Of a DNA stretch of 64,000 bases, positions 29,701 through 38,170 are shown in pieces. The notes below the pieces were generated by a model. That model saw only the letters and a program-made list of their open reading frames with translations, made no database searches and was not told the origin of the DNA. The position numbers and the translations under genes were made by a program. This stretch comes from Candidatus Cryptobacteroides sp. Its GTDB lineage: Bacteria > Bacteroidota > Bacteroidia > Bacteroidales > UBA932. The number at the start of each line of letters is the position of its first letter. Position 1 is the first letter of the stretch. The stretch is from assembly GCA_045539115.1 (NCBI GenBank), contig JAZQES010000075.1, forward strand, positions 46,015-110,014, written 5' to 3'.

Positions 29701-29987
29701 AAAGAATTGCAGGAGCGGTTTCCAGAGGCTGGTTCCCTCACGATTCCGGAAAGATTCTGAATGAGGCGACGCTGATAGATACCGATGGGGCGATGTATCG
29801 TCCGGACAGGGTGGTGATTTCTGACGGGAAGGTGACGATTGTCGATTATAAGTTCGGAGAACATTATCGTAAATATGAACGTCAGTTGAAGAAATATGCT
29901 TCGATATGGCGCAGGATGGGCTATGACGATGTGTCTGCCTTCCTCTGGTATGTACATACGGACGAAGTGGTGGAGGTGGATGTTTAG
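26799..29987 (+). CDS. AddA-like UvrD helicase with C-terminal PD-(D/E)XK nuclease
   Basis: ASAGSGKT, ILAVTFTNKATDEMK, LLDEFQDT, VGDVKQSIYRWRG, TIHKSKGLDF, YVAMTRA, RPDRVV and VDYKFG motifs. Confidence 0.92.
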   Translation: MLEIMKASAGSGKTYRLARKYISLLLESNDRYAYRHILAVTFTNKATDEMKSRILKELHILSVDPCRSDYHDHFVPSVFASDEDLGRKAGMVLSDILHDYSAFAVSTIDKFFQQTLKAFSREIGQFASYQVELDKDSLVAESVDRILDSLTEDDSNLLAWLTDNVLEQIEQGGRYSMDANLLEMAKRLKSAQRQEAMTQAGLKDDMDYPKDKLLEIRQICRKIVKDFSEAVKSAADAALSIVEEAGVDPAESNRGFLKALYAYSELEEGDRIEMPSAAFMSKASDHEQWFAKSKAAKLKPLVYPFLEAPLEEFCTLFDKEFKVYNTALILDGQLYGLGVSGELSRTFKEIMKEKNVLCIDDSNTILRDIIDGSDAPFVYEKLGVRYEHFLLDEFQDTANVQWSNFSPLLRESNSKGGDNLIVGDVKQSIYRWRGSDWKLLNDTVPGEFPEHHEEVLDTNYRSLFNIVKFNNLFFKSAALVLDMMNGLKNCGPISEIYSDVCQNVGKKSEEKGNVSVTFCPKEEELQKVLEAVGEARSNGAGLSDIAVLVRSNASGEDVAMYLIDNGIPVMTDDSLRVKSSMTVRRLVSLMSYADNPQDTVSGYLAQSLDITVPQGCSSLTDMAESFFRSLKAKDSEEIWKGEILHIQSFFDHVQDYVASNGNSLRGFLKYWEDEDPSISSPSSGESVRVMTIHKSKGLDFPYVIIPFAENITLYKAGNYWCVPELSDTPLSGVADGVYDVTLSKSSDNTLFAEDYRKENFLQQVDNINTIYVAMTRAALGMHIIAKTPSAKCMKALESGDLTQISDFSQMLYWFASTSCVGDVPGNEELVPPFKVTRSVSDDGTERFDVGTMTDFGLHRKEDKSAYGTFEIGDADWLPSVPLNPDTSDPDVDVRERGRLKFTADALDFFSDEGEAGMAASNRIKGVVLHDILSGVTVPEDLESAVRQSVLNGDVTVSEADEAMKLLSERIAGAVSRGWFPHDSGKILNEATLIDTDGAMYRPDRVVISDGKVTIVDYKFGEHYRKYERQLKKYASIWRRMGYDDVSAFLWYVHTDEVVEVDV

Positions 29988-30069
29988 AAAGATACTTTGA
30001 TCGGCATATGGTGAAATACCAAGAATCTTTATTATATTTGCAGGTTGTGAAATGAATGGATAGTGTAAA

Positions 30070-30741
30070 ATGGAAAATAAGGAGATAGATACTTGTAAAC
30101 TGCTGTATAATACTGAGCGTGTGAGACTTTACATACCTGAGTACGGCAGAAATGTGCAGAAGATGGTGAATTACCTGAAGACGATCGAGGACAGGGAAAA
30201 GCGTAACGAGCAGGCCAGGGCGATAATCAAGGTGATGGAGATCCTCAACCCTGCAGTACATCTTGAGGAAGATTTCGAGCACAAACTTTGGGATCACCTC
30301 TATATCATTTCAGGATTTGACCTTGATATCGACTCTCCTTATCCTATGCCTGAGCCGGAGAGCCTGAATCAGAAGCCTGAGCCTGTCCCTATGAACGGCA
30401 AGCCTATCAAGGCGACACATTATGGAAGGAATATCGAGAACATAATCAACCTGATTGCAGAAAAGGAGGATGGCGAAGTCAAGACAGCAATGATCAGCCA
30501 ACTCGCCGTATACATGAGGCAGCAGTACCTTATCTGGAACAAGGATTCAGTGTCGGAAGAGACAATCTTCCAGGATATCGAGAAACTCTCCGATTTCAGG
30601 ATAAAGGTGCCGGAGGGAATGCATATCGGCAAGATTGACAACGGTCAGGCATATGTTCGTTCCGGAATGAATTCTTCCAAGGGAAGGCAGCAGAACCAGC
30701 GTTACAAGAACAACATGAAGAACAAGAAACAGCACAAATAG
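30070..30741 (+). CDS. DUF4290 domain protein
   Basis: YNTER..L.IPEYGRNVQKMV, HKLWDHL, HYGRNI and WNKDSV motifs, typical of this Bacteroidetes family; -7 box TATATTTG at 30033-30040. Confidence 0.85.
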   Translation: MENKEIDTCKLLYNTERVRLYIPEYGRNVQKMVNYLKTIEDREKRNEQARAIIKVMEILNPAVHLEEDFEHKLWDHLYIISGFDLDIDSPYPMPEPESLNQKPEPVPMNGKPIKATHYGRNIENIINLIAEKEDGEVKTAMISQLAVYMRQQYLIWNKDSVSEETIFQDIEKLSDFRIKVPEGMHIGKIDNGQAYVRSGMNSSKGRQQNQRYKNNMKNKKQHK

Positions 30742-30742
30742 A

Positions 30743-33268
30743 ATGGCTGCAAGAAAGAAAACTGATAAAGGAAACAAGAAGAAAGAGAAGCGTCAGGGCT
30801 TCTCATTCTTTTCTGATATGGATCCCGACACCAAGTCTATACTTTTGAAAGGTCTCGGTATCCTTGTGGCGGTGTTTGCTGTGTTTACAGCGGTGTCTGC
30901 CTTGTCATACCTGTTCACATGGAAGGCCGATCAAAGCCTTATGTCCCATCCTGACATGCTTGACAAGGGTGTGGAGGTGGCCAATGCCGGAGGCAAGGCC
31001 GGTTATTGCTGGGCTCATTTCCTTGTATGCCGTTTCTTGGGCCTCGGAAGTCTCCCGTTCATATTTCTCCTTTGTGCTGCCGCTTACAGGCTTTTCTTCT
31101 GGAACAGGAGCATCGGGCTTCTCAGGATGACTTTTGTAACGGTGAGCGGAGCGTTCGTGTCCTCGCTCATCCTTGCTTATGTGTCGATGCTCTTCACATC
31201 CGACACATTCTTCGGAGGAGGTCTGGGAGGTGATGCCGGTCACGGTGTTGTACGATGGATGACAAATCTTACAGGAGACATAGTCACAGCATTGGTGATC
31301 GCTGTCCTGGCCGTTGCATGGCTTCTTCTTGCAAGCGGGAAATTCGCTCATTGGCTTGCTTCTGCCGGAATGACTGAAAAGGAGCCGGTTCAGGAAGAGA
31401 ATGTACCTTCCGAGTTGAATCCTGTCGAACTGGATCCTGCGGAAGTCGCTGCTGCCGAGCCAGTTGACGAGGAGTTCGCCGAAGTCCACGATGAGGACGG
31501 ACTGCAATATGAAACGATAGATCCTGATTTCAATCCGTTCCCGGTCTTCCCTGACGTGGATTCTTTCGGAGAAGACTCTGCCGAATTGGAACCTGCCGAG
31601 GCAGAACCTGTCGAGGTTGTGACTCCGGTCGCTGAGGCCGGTCCTGGAGAGGATATGGAAGTGATTATCAACTATGACGCTCAGGAAAAGGTTACTGAGG
31701 AACTAGAACGTATCGACAACAGGGCTGAACTCGAGAAATATGAGTTTCCGTCAATAGATCTTCTGGACGATTATGCCGATGGACAGCATATTGTTTCAAA
31801 GGAGGAACTGGAAATCAACAACAACAGAATACGTGCAACCTTGATGAACTACAAGATCGAGGTTATGCAGGTCACTGCCGTGGTAGGTCCAACCGTGACT
31901 CTTTACAAGGTGGTTCCTGCCCCTGGCGTAAAGGTGTCGGCTATCGAGAATCTTCACAGGGAGATCGGTATGTCGCTGGGAGCCAAGGGAGTACGTGTCG
32001 TTGTGCTTCCGGACTGTGTGGGAATCGAGGTGGCCAACAGGGAGCCTTCTATCGTCCCTCTCAAAAAGACGTTGAATGATGATTCGTTCCGCAATACAAA
32101 GCATGAACTTCCGATAGCGATAGGTTATACTATCACGAAGAAGGTCAAGACCTTCGACCTTGCTTCGGCTCCGCATCTTCTTGTTGCCGGTGCCACCCAG
32201 CAGGGTAAGTCAGTCGGTCTTAACGTGATCATCTCGTCGCTTCTTTATGCGAAGCATCCGTCTGAACTCAAATTTGTCTTCATCGACCCGAAGATGGTGG
32301 AGTTCACCGCATACAATGCTCTCCTGAAACATTATCTTGCAGTAATGCCTATGGCGGCGAGTGAGGAAGACGAGCGTGAGCATGCTATCGTGAAGGACGC
32401 GAAACATGCAGAACAGATCCTCAACTCCCTGTGTGTGGAGATGGATGAGAGATATAAACTTCTTGCCCTTGCGGGAGTGAACAACCTCAAACTTTACAAC
32501 GAGAAGTACAAGGACAGATATCTTCTTCCTACCGAGGGACATAAATATCTCCCTTATCTGGTTGTCGTGATAGATGAGTATGCCGACCTTACCATGGCAG
32601 GCGGTGCCGGTCCAGAGGCGAGAAAGTCCGCAAAGAACATCGAGGCGGCCATCGTACGTCTTGCACAGAAGGGCAGGGCGGCCGGAATTCATGTGATCAT
32701 AGCGACCCAGCGTCCTTCCGTGAATGTGATCACCGGTCTCATCAAGACCAACTTCCCGACCAGAATCGCGTTCCGAGTAGTCTCGAGAGTGGATTCCGCC
32801 ACTATCCTTGATACCAACGGAGCGGAAAACCTGATCGGACGAGGCGATATGCTATATTATGCAGGAGTCGAGATGGAACGTGTCCAGTGCGCTCTTGTCA
32901 GCATGGCGGAAATCAACAGGATCACGGATTTCATCGGCAGTCAGACCGGTTACAAGAAGTGTTACAACACGCCTTATTATCTTCCAGTACCTGAATCGCA
33001 GGATGGTGAGACAAGTGGCGGCAATATAGACATGCAGAACATCGATCCTTCATTTGAGGAGGCTGCACGTATGATCGTAACCACTCAGAAAGGTTCTACT
33101 TCTGACCTCCAGAGGCGTCTCGGCATGGGTTATGCAAGAGCAGGACGTGTCATGGACCAGTTGGAAGGTGCCGGAATCGTCGGTCCTCAGGAAGGCTCGA
33201 AGCCGCGTCAGGTCCTTGTCACCACTTTTGAAGAACTTGATGAAATTCTCTCTCACTTTATCCGCTAA
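30743..33268 (+). CDS. ftsK: DNA translocase FtsK/SpoIIIE
   Basis: N-terminal TM region, acidic linker, PHLLVAGATQQGKS, IDPKMVE, VVIDEYADL, ATQRPS, GAENLIGRGDML and gamma domain LQRRLGMGYARAGR. Confidence 0.96.
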   Translation: MAARKKTDKGNKKKEKRQGFSFFSDMDPDTKSILLKGLGILVAVFAVFTAVSALSYLFTWKADQSLMSHPDMLDKGVEVANAGGKAGYCWAHFLVCRFLGLGSLPFIFLLCAAAYRLFFWNRSIGLLRMTFVTVSGAFVSSLILAYVSMLFTSDTFFGGGLGGDAGHGVVRWMTNLTGDIVTALVIAVLAVAWLLLASGKFAHWLASAGMTEKEPVQEENVPSELNPVELDPAEVAAAEPVDEEFAEVHDEDGLQYETIDPDFNPFPVFPDVDSFGEDSAELEPAEAEPVEVVTPVAEAGPGEDMEVIINYDAQEKVTEELERIDNRAELEKYEFPSIDLLDDYADGQHIVSKEELEINNNRIRATLMNYKIEVMQVTAVVGPTVTLYKVVPAPGVKVSAIENLHREIGMSLGAKGVRVVVLPDCVGIEVANREPSIVPLKKTLNDDSFRNTKHELPIAIGYTITKKVKTFDLASAPHLLVAGATQQGKSVGLNVIISSLLYAKHPSELKFVFIDPKMVEFTAYNALLKHYLAVMPMAASEEDEREHAIVKDAKHAEQILNSLCVEMDERYKLLALAGVNNLKLYNEKYKDRYLLPTEGHKYLPYLVVVIDEYADLTMAGGAGPEARKSAKNIEAAIVRLAQKGRAAGIHVIIATQRPSVNVITGLIKTNFPTRIAFRVVSRVDSATILDTNGAENLIGRGDMLYYAGVEMERVQCALVSMAEINRITDFIGSQTGYKKCYNTPYYLPVPESQDGETSGGNIDMQNIDPSFEEAARMIVTTQKGSTSDLQRRLGMGYARAGRVMDQLEGAGIVGPQEGSKPRQVLVTTFEELDEILSHFIR

Positions 33269-33269
33269 T

Positions 33270-33914
33270 ATGAAGATTGTCTTTAAATACGCCTTTACAG
33301 GACTCCTGAGCCTTATGGTCTCTTTGACTCATGCTCAGGATACTGCATTGCTTGACCGGCTGTATGATGACTTTTCATCTAAATTGATTACTTTGAAGTT
33401 CAGTTATGTCATTGAAATGGCAACATCTGACATGACAGGTGAAGGCACCGTATCTTTTCAGGATAGTCAGTATCGTCTCTCTGCTAATGGCCTGGAAGTG
33501 TATTGCGACGGCAAGGACATATGGATGGTTGATTCTAATGCAAAGGAAGTGATAGTCGAACCTGTGACCGAAGACGCTTCGGCATTCATGCAGAATCCGG
33601 CCATGCTTTTTACTGGTCTCAAAGACAATTTTGAGGTGGTGAAAGTGTCGGAAGGAGGGCATGTCCGCGAGCCCGGGGTCAAGGATGTCGTGTTTACGCT
33701 CAGGCCTACGGTCGAGTGCGGGATAGAGGAGTGTGACATTCAGATCAGGAAGAACGGCGATCTTTATTATGGCACTTTCATCATGTCTGATGATCAGGTA
33801 GATATAGTCCGTGTCCTGGTCAATTCGATAACAAGATCAGAAAAAAGGAGCATAGATCATTTCCGTCCGGATCAGTCTTTCGATTCATCCTGGATAGTCA
33901 CTGATTTGAGATAA
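33270..33914 (+). CDS. LolA-like outer-membrane lipoprotein carrier
   Basis: Signal peptide from MKIVFKYAF (33270, 1 nt after the ftsK stop); GTVSFQ..QYRL, YCDGKDIW.VD..AKEVIV and NPAMLF motifs; ftsK-lolA linkage is widespread. Confidence 0.8.
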   Translation: MKIVFKYAFTGLLSLMVSLTHAQDTALLDRLYDDFSSKLITLKFSYVIEMATSDMTGEGTVSFQDSQYRLSANGLEVYCDGKDIWMVDSNAKEVIVEPVTEDASAFMQNPAMLFTGLKDNFEVVKVSEGGHVREPGVKDVVFTLRPTVECGIEECDIQIRKNGDLYYGTFIMSDDQVDIVRVLVNSITRSEKRSIDHFRPDQSFDSSWIVTDLR

Positions 33915-34018
33915 CCCAACGCCAGCAGTTTGTGTATGCGACATGCCACCCCCGGCTAGGGGGTGCCTCCCGCATGGGAGGCGGGGGTCGCAGCAACAAA
34001 CTGCTGGCGTTGGGTTAT
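33911..34018. mobile_element. 108-bp MITE/REP-like element with perfect 23-bp terminal inverted repeats and two internal hairpins
   Basis: ATAACCCAACGCCAGCAGTTTGT (33911-33933) pairs with ACAAACTGCTGGCGTTGGGTTAT (33996-34018). Inner stems: TGCGAC/GTCGCA, CACCCCC/GGGGGTG and GCCTCCC/GGGAGGC. The structure is certain; mobility is inferred. Confidence 0.5.
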
Positions 34019-34029
34019 ATGATATCAGG

Positions 34030-34836
34030 TTACCAACTTCCGCCGGCTCCGCCACCTCCGAAGGAACCTCCTCCGAATCCGCCGAAACCTCCACCGAAGC
34101 CACCGCTGAATCCGCCTCCGAATCCTCCTGATGAACCCCATGAACTTCCTGGTCTTCTGATGATTACAGGTCCGGTGGTGAACACGTCGTCGAAACTGCT
34201 TCCGCCTCCCTTGCCGCCTTTGCCATTGTTTTCGTTTGCCACTGCGGCAATGATGATAAGTACAAAGATAAGGGCGATGAAGAATATCGCTACGTAGATA
34301 AGGTCGCCGTCATCGTCGCCCTCACGCAATTCTGAAATCTCACCGCTGGCAAGTTTCATCAATGTCTCACATGCAGCCTCAGCACCTCCATAATAGTCGT
34401 TTTCCATGAAATGAGGTATCATCTCGTTATTGATGATCCTCTTGGCGTAGGCGTCAGGAACCGCACCTTCGAGTCCGTATCCTGTCGCGATGAACACCTG
34501 GCCAGGCGTGCTGTCCTTAGGCTTGATCAGCACCACTATTCCGTTGTCGAACTTTTCCGATCCTACGCCCCATTCAAGTCCTATTCTGGTGGCATAATCT
34601 GCAGGTTCGTAGCCTTCAAGGTATTTTGTAGTAATGACGGCAATCTGATTGGAGGTGGAGTCGTCGAACGCTACCAGAATGCTTTCCAGCGTATTTTCCT
34701 GGTCTGTAGTGAATATATCGGCCAGGTCGTTGACAAGACGTGGCGGCTCCGGTCTCTGAGGCAGTGCATATGCAGTCATGCACATGAAGCATAAGACAAG
34801 AAACGAAATATGGTGTCTTATTGTAATGAGTTTCAT
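34030..34836 (-). CDS. TPM-domain membrane protein (YgcG-like) with Gly-rich cytoplasmic tail
   Basis: Signal peptide, RLVNDLADIF, WGVG...DNGIVVLI, IATGYGLEGAVPDA, one TM segment, and a GGFGGG...GGAGGSW tail. Confidence 0.92.
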   Translation of the reverse strand: MKLITIRHHISFLVLCFMCMTAYALPQRPEPPRLVNDLADIFTTDQENTLESILVAFDDSTSNQIAVITTKYLEGYEPADYATRIGLEWGVGSEKFDNGIVVLIKPKDSTPGQVFIATGYGLEGAVPDAYAKRIINNEMIPHFMENDYYGGAEAACETLMKLASGEISELREGDDDGDLIYVAIFFIALIFVLIIIAAVANENNGKGGKGGGSSFDDVFTTGPVIIRRPGSSWGSSGGFGGGFSGGFGGGFGGFGGGSFGGGGAGGSW

Positions 34837-34851
34837 CTTCTTTTCCTGGAT

Positions 34852-35295
34852 TTATTCGTCATCCCCGAATGAAATGTCATCAGGCTGTTCGTTGACGTCA
34901 TCGGTCTGATATGGGAAATACTCCTTAAGTTTTTCGCCTACCATGACAGCCGCCTTTTCAAGTCCTTCGGCAAATCTGCCGTTTCTGAATTCATTGCCCA
35001 TCATCTCCGTGATGTCTGTCCAGAAGCCCTCCGGTACGATGTCATTGATCCCTTTGTCTCCAACGATGGCGAATACCTTGCTGTTGCAGGCAAGATAGAT
35101 CAGGACTCCGTTACGAAGTTCCGTCCTGTGCATTCCCAGTTTCCCGAAAACATCTTCGGCTCTTTTAACCGGATCCCCGTTGCATCTGCCGTCGATGTGT
35201 ATGCGGATTTCGCCTGAGGTCCCTTTTTCTGCAAATCTGACCGCGTTCACAACAGTCATCTGCTGGTCCGCGGTCAGAAATCTGTCTGGTCTCAT
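34852..35295 (-). CDS. Small TPM-domain protein
   Basis: AEKGTSGEIRIHI, TELRNGVLIY, AIVGDKGI and DVNEQPDDISF motifs. Confidence 0.9.
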   Translation of the reverse strand: MRPDRFLTADQQMTVVNAVRFAEKGTSGEIRIHIDGRCNGDPVKRAEDVFGKLGMHRTELRNGVLIYLACNSKVFAIVGDKGINDIVPEGFWTDITEMMGNEFRNGRFAEGLEKAAVMVGEKLKEYFPYQTDDVNEQPDDISFGDDE

Positions 35296-35310
35296 AATGT
35301 TTCCGTGGTC

Positions 35311-35901
35311 TTAGAATTCCACCTTCGGTGCTGTTTCTGCACCAGCCTGAGCCTCAAAATATGCTTTCTTCTCAAATCCGAACATCGAAGCGATGATGTT
35401 GTCTGGGAACTGCCTGATCATGGTGTTGTAGGTCTTGGCCGCTTCATTGAATTTCATTCTTTCGGTAGCGATTCTGTTCTCTGTTCCTTCGAGTTGTGCC
35501 TGAAGTTCCATGAACTGCTGGCTTGCCTTGAGGTCCGGATAATTCTCCTGAATGAGAAGGAGTCTTCCGAGAGCGGATGAAAGTTCGCCCTGTGCTTCGT
35601 TGAATGCAGCGAGAGCCTCCGGGGTGAGATTTTCAGGATCAATAGTCACCTGAGTGGCTTTTGCTCGTGCTGCCACTACATTTTCGAGTGTTGAAGATTC
35701 GTGCTCTGCATATCCCTTGACTGTTTCTACGAGGTTCGGGATGAGGTCTGCCCTGCGCTGGTATACGTTCTCAACCTGTGCCCAAGCGGAACTTACGTTC
35801 TCGTCTTCAACGACCATCCTGTTGTATGCGCCTTTTATCCATAAAAATCCGCCGACCACGATCACTCCGGCCACGATCAATGCAATAAGTCCTTTTTTCA
35901 T
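35311..35901 (-). CDS. lemA: LemA family protein
   Basis: N-terminal TM segment; WAQVENVYQRRADLIPNLV, ENYPDLKA, LEGTENRI and APKVEF motifs. Confidence 0.96.
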   Translation of the reverse strand: MKKGLIALIVAGVIVVGGFLWIKGAYNRMVVEDENVSSAWAQVENVYQRRADLIPNLVETVKGYAEHESSTLENVVAARAKATQVTIDPENLTPEALAAFNEAQGELSSALGRLLLIQENYPDLKASQQFMELQAQLEGTENRIATERMKFNEAAKTYNTMIRQFPDNIIASMFGFEKKAYFEAQAGAETAPKVEF

Positions 35902-35939
35902 CTCAATTAGGTTTAATGGTTAATCAGGGTATTATTCTG

Positions 35940-36989
35940 TTATTTGCGGATGCATCTTACCGATGCTCCGAAAGTCTTCATGTCGCCTTTGCCGATAAGA
36001 AGGTCAGGCTGGTCGGATATGAAATATCTGTAATATGCCATCCCTTCTTCATCTTCGACCTTGTCGGAGGTCCAGAATACGGAGTATTCGTAACTGCCGA
36101 AGAATGATGCAGTAGGATATCTGCCGTCTTCCTTTGAACCGAGGTTTGCATATCCGGCAGGAATTGCGGCGAACTTCGCCTTGTCGGTTATGTCGCCTAC
36201 TGCCGGCCAGTATTCCCACATCTTCACTGAGTTGAACTCGATGTCTGCCATAAGACCTGCAACTACACCCGGAATGATGCCTGCATCAGTGATTTCCGTG
36301 TCAGGATTGATGGCCTTGGCAAGGGCAACCCAATCGGCATTTGAAGGCAGTGTCCATCCCTCCGGACATGCGTTCATCGCTTCCTCATATGAATAATACC
36401 TTCCGAATACATTGCTCATAGCCGGGGCGTTCACATAAGGCGCGCCTGCTGACGGGTCAGCGAGATTGTTTCTGAACCAGTCGGTTCCGCCGTGGTTGAC
36501 ATAGTAATATCTGATGTCATTGAAATCGATGGAAGGGTCTCTCGGCAGTATGCCTGTGTTGGTGATGGACTGTTCAAGGCCTCCCTTCACCACGGTAACC
36601 TTCTTCGCTACATATGAAGTGGAATATCCGTAAGCGAATCCGTAGCAGCCTACTGTAAATGTGCCGAGGCTGTCCGGGAAGGTATAGGAAAATTCTCCGT
36701 CGCTCTCCTGTCCATCAGGCGACAGACCGTTTTCAAGTCTTACGGTATCGGCCTTGGACATGCCTGGCGTCACTTTCCAATAATATCCCAGACCTTTGTC
36801 ATCAGGATGCCTGAGACCTTCAGGCTTCATCGTCACGGTCTGTCCGGGTGAAACAAATTCCGATACATCGAATGTCAATGCACCGTTGAGCGAAGGCATT
36901 ACCTCCGTATCGTCGTCCTTGTCACATGATATGGCAGCCATCATTGCCACCGTTGCAAAGAATAGAGTTGTCAGTTTTGGAAAATTCAT
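35940..36989 (-). CDS. Lipoprotein with C-terminal FISUMP (Fibrobacter succinogenes major paralogous) domain
   Basis: Lipobox AISC followed by acidic DKDDD; WFRNNL, GRYYSYEEAMNACPEGWTLPSNADW, FWTS and ASVRCIRK motifs. Confidence 0.85.
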   Translation of the reverse strand: MNFPKLTTLFFATVAMMAAISCDKDDDTEVMPSLNGALTFDVSEFVSPGQTVTMKPEGLRHPDDKGLGYYWKVTPGMSKADTVRLENGLSPDGQESDGEFSYTFPDSLGTFTVGCYGFAYGYSTSYVAKKVTVVKGGLEQSITNTGILPRDPSIDFNDIRYYYVNHGGTDWFRNNLADPSAGAPYVNAPAMSNVFGRYYSYEEAMNACPEGWTLPSNADWVALAKAINPDTEITDAGIIPGVVAGLMADIEFNSVKMWEYWPAVGDITDKAKFAAIPAGYANLGSKEDGRYPTASFFGSYEYSVFWTSDKVEDEEGMAYYRYFISDQPDLLIGKGDMKTFGASVRCIRK

Positions 36990-37090
36990 CTTTCTTTCCT
37001 GCTGTTTTTATATGATATAATCATGCAAATATCGGTATTTTTGTTCGAAAAACCGCTACCTTTGTACAAATACTTTGCCTTAATGACATT

Positions 37091-38170
37091 ATGAACAGAA
37101 TATTCGGGATATTTTTGTGCCTTTCGGCATTTCTTCTGTCACTTTCATGTGCTCCAAGAGACAGATACATAACCATCACAGGTTATGCGCAGGGGGGAAC
37201 TTATACTGTAAAGGTCAATCTGAACGGACGTGACGGCATGGTCAAGGCTTCTCCGGAAGAGATACGTGATTCCGTCGACTCCATCCTGTCGGCGATCGAC
37301 ATGTCTCTTTCGGGATACAACGCAAAGTCTCTCCTGAGCATCTTCAATGACGGCAGGACCATGGTTCCGGATACGATTTTCCGCGATATCTATGCTCATG
37401 CATGGGATATTTATGAAGAGACCGGCGGGGTTGTGGATGTCGCTTCCGCACCTCTTTTCGATATGTGGGGATTCGGTTTCAAGAACGGCGAAATGCCTTC
37501 TGATGAGACGGTTGCGGAAGTGCGTCAGGGATGCGGACTCGGCAGGATGAGGCCTGATATGGACTCTGTCATCGGAAAGGACGGCACATTGGACCCTGCT
37601 TCGCTGCTTGGGGTTGAAGGTACTCTTCCGAAACTGAATTACAACGCAATAGCGCAGGGGTACAGTTGCGACCTTGTGGCTGACTATCTTTATTCGATAG
37701 GCATCAAGGACATGCTGGTGGACATCGGAGAGATATTCTGTGACGGACATAACCCGTCCGGCGGCAGTTGGACCCTCGGCATCGACAGACCGGAGGACGG
37801 AAATAACGAACTCGGCGCCATGATACAGGGCATCTTCCGCGCTCCTGACGGCCCGCATGGCATAGTGACCTCCGGAAATTACCGTAAGTTCTATGTCCGT
37901 GACGGAAGGAAATATGCCCATACTATAGACCCCCGTACGGGATATCCTGTGCAGCATTCGCTTCTGAGCGCTACAATCGTGGCTTCCGACGCCATGACGG
38001 CTGATGCATATGCCACATATTGCATGGTTATTGGTCTGGAAGAATCGAAGGCCTTCCTCTCCGGCCGTCCTGACCTGGAAGGATGTCTGATTTATGATGA
38101 CGGAGGCGTATTCAAGACATGGTGTTCGGACGGATTCGTTCTCGAATCTGCTCCGGAAGCATCGAGATGA
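37091..38170 (+). CDS. apbE: FAD:protein FMN transferase
   Basis: Lipobox LSC; AQGGTY, LNYNAIAQGY..D, VDIGE, VTSGNYR, YAHTIDPRTG and ADAYAT motifs; -7 box TACCTTTG at 37057-37064. Confidence 0.93.
   Translation: MNRIFGIFLCLSAFLLSLSCAPRDRYITITGYAQGGTYTVKVNLNGRDGMVKASPEEIRDSVDSILSAIDMSLSGYNAKSLLSIFNDGRTMVPDTIFRDIYAHAWDIYEETGGVVDVASAPLFDMWGFGFKNGEMPSDETVAEVRQGCGLGRMRPDMDSVIGKDGTLDPASLLGVEGTLPKLNYNAIAQGYSCDLVADYLYSIGIKDMLVDIGEIFCDGHNPSGGSWTLGIDRPEDGNNELGAMIQGIFRAPDGPHGIVTSGNYRKFYVRDGRKYAHTIDPRTGYPVQHSLLSATIVASDAMTADAYATYCMVIGLEESKAFLSGRPDLEGCLIYDDGGVFKTWCSDGFVLESAPEASR

Noticed and set aside
23866-29987. Nuclease plus helicase pair as a possible defence system
   Set aside because: Architecture, sizes and housekeeping context fit the standard AddAB-like recombination enzyme of Bacteroidetes.
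33932-34297. Pro-rich 121-aa ORF crossing the 108-bp palindrome
   Set aside because: It is the antisense read-out of the TPM Gly-rich tail, not a credible gene.
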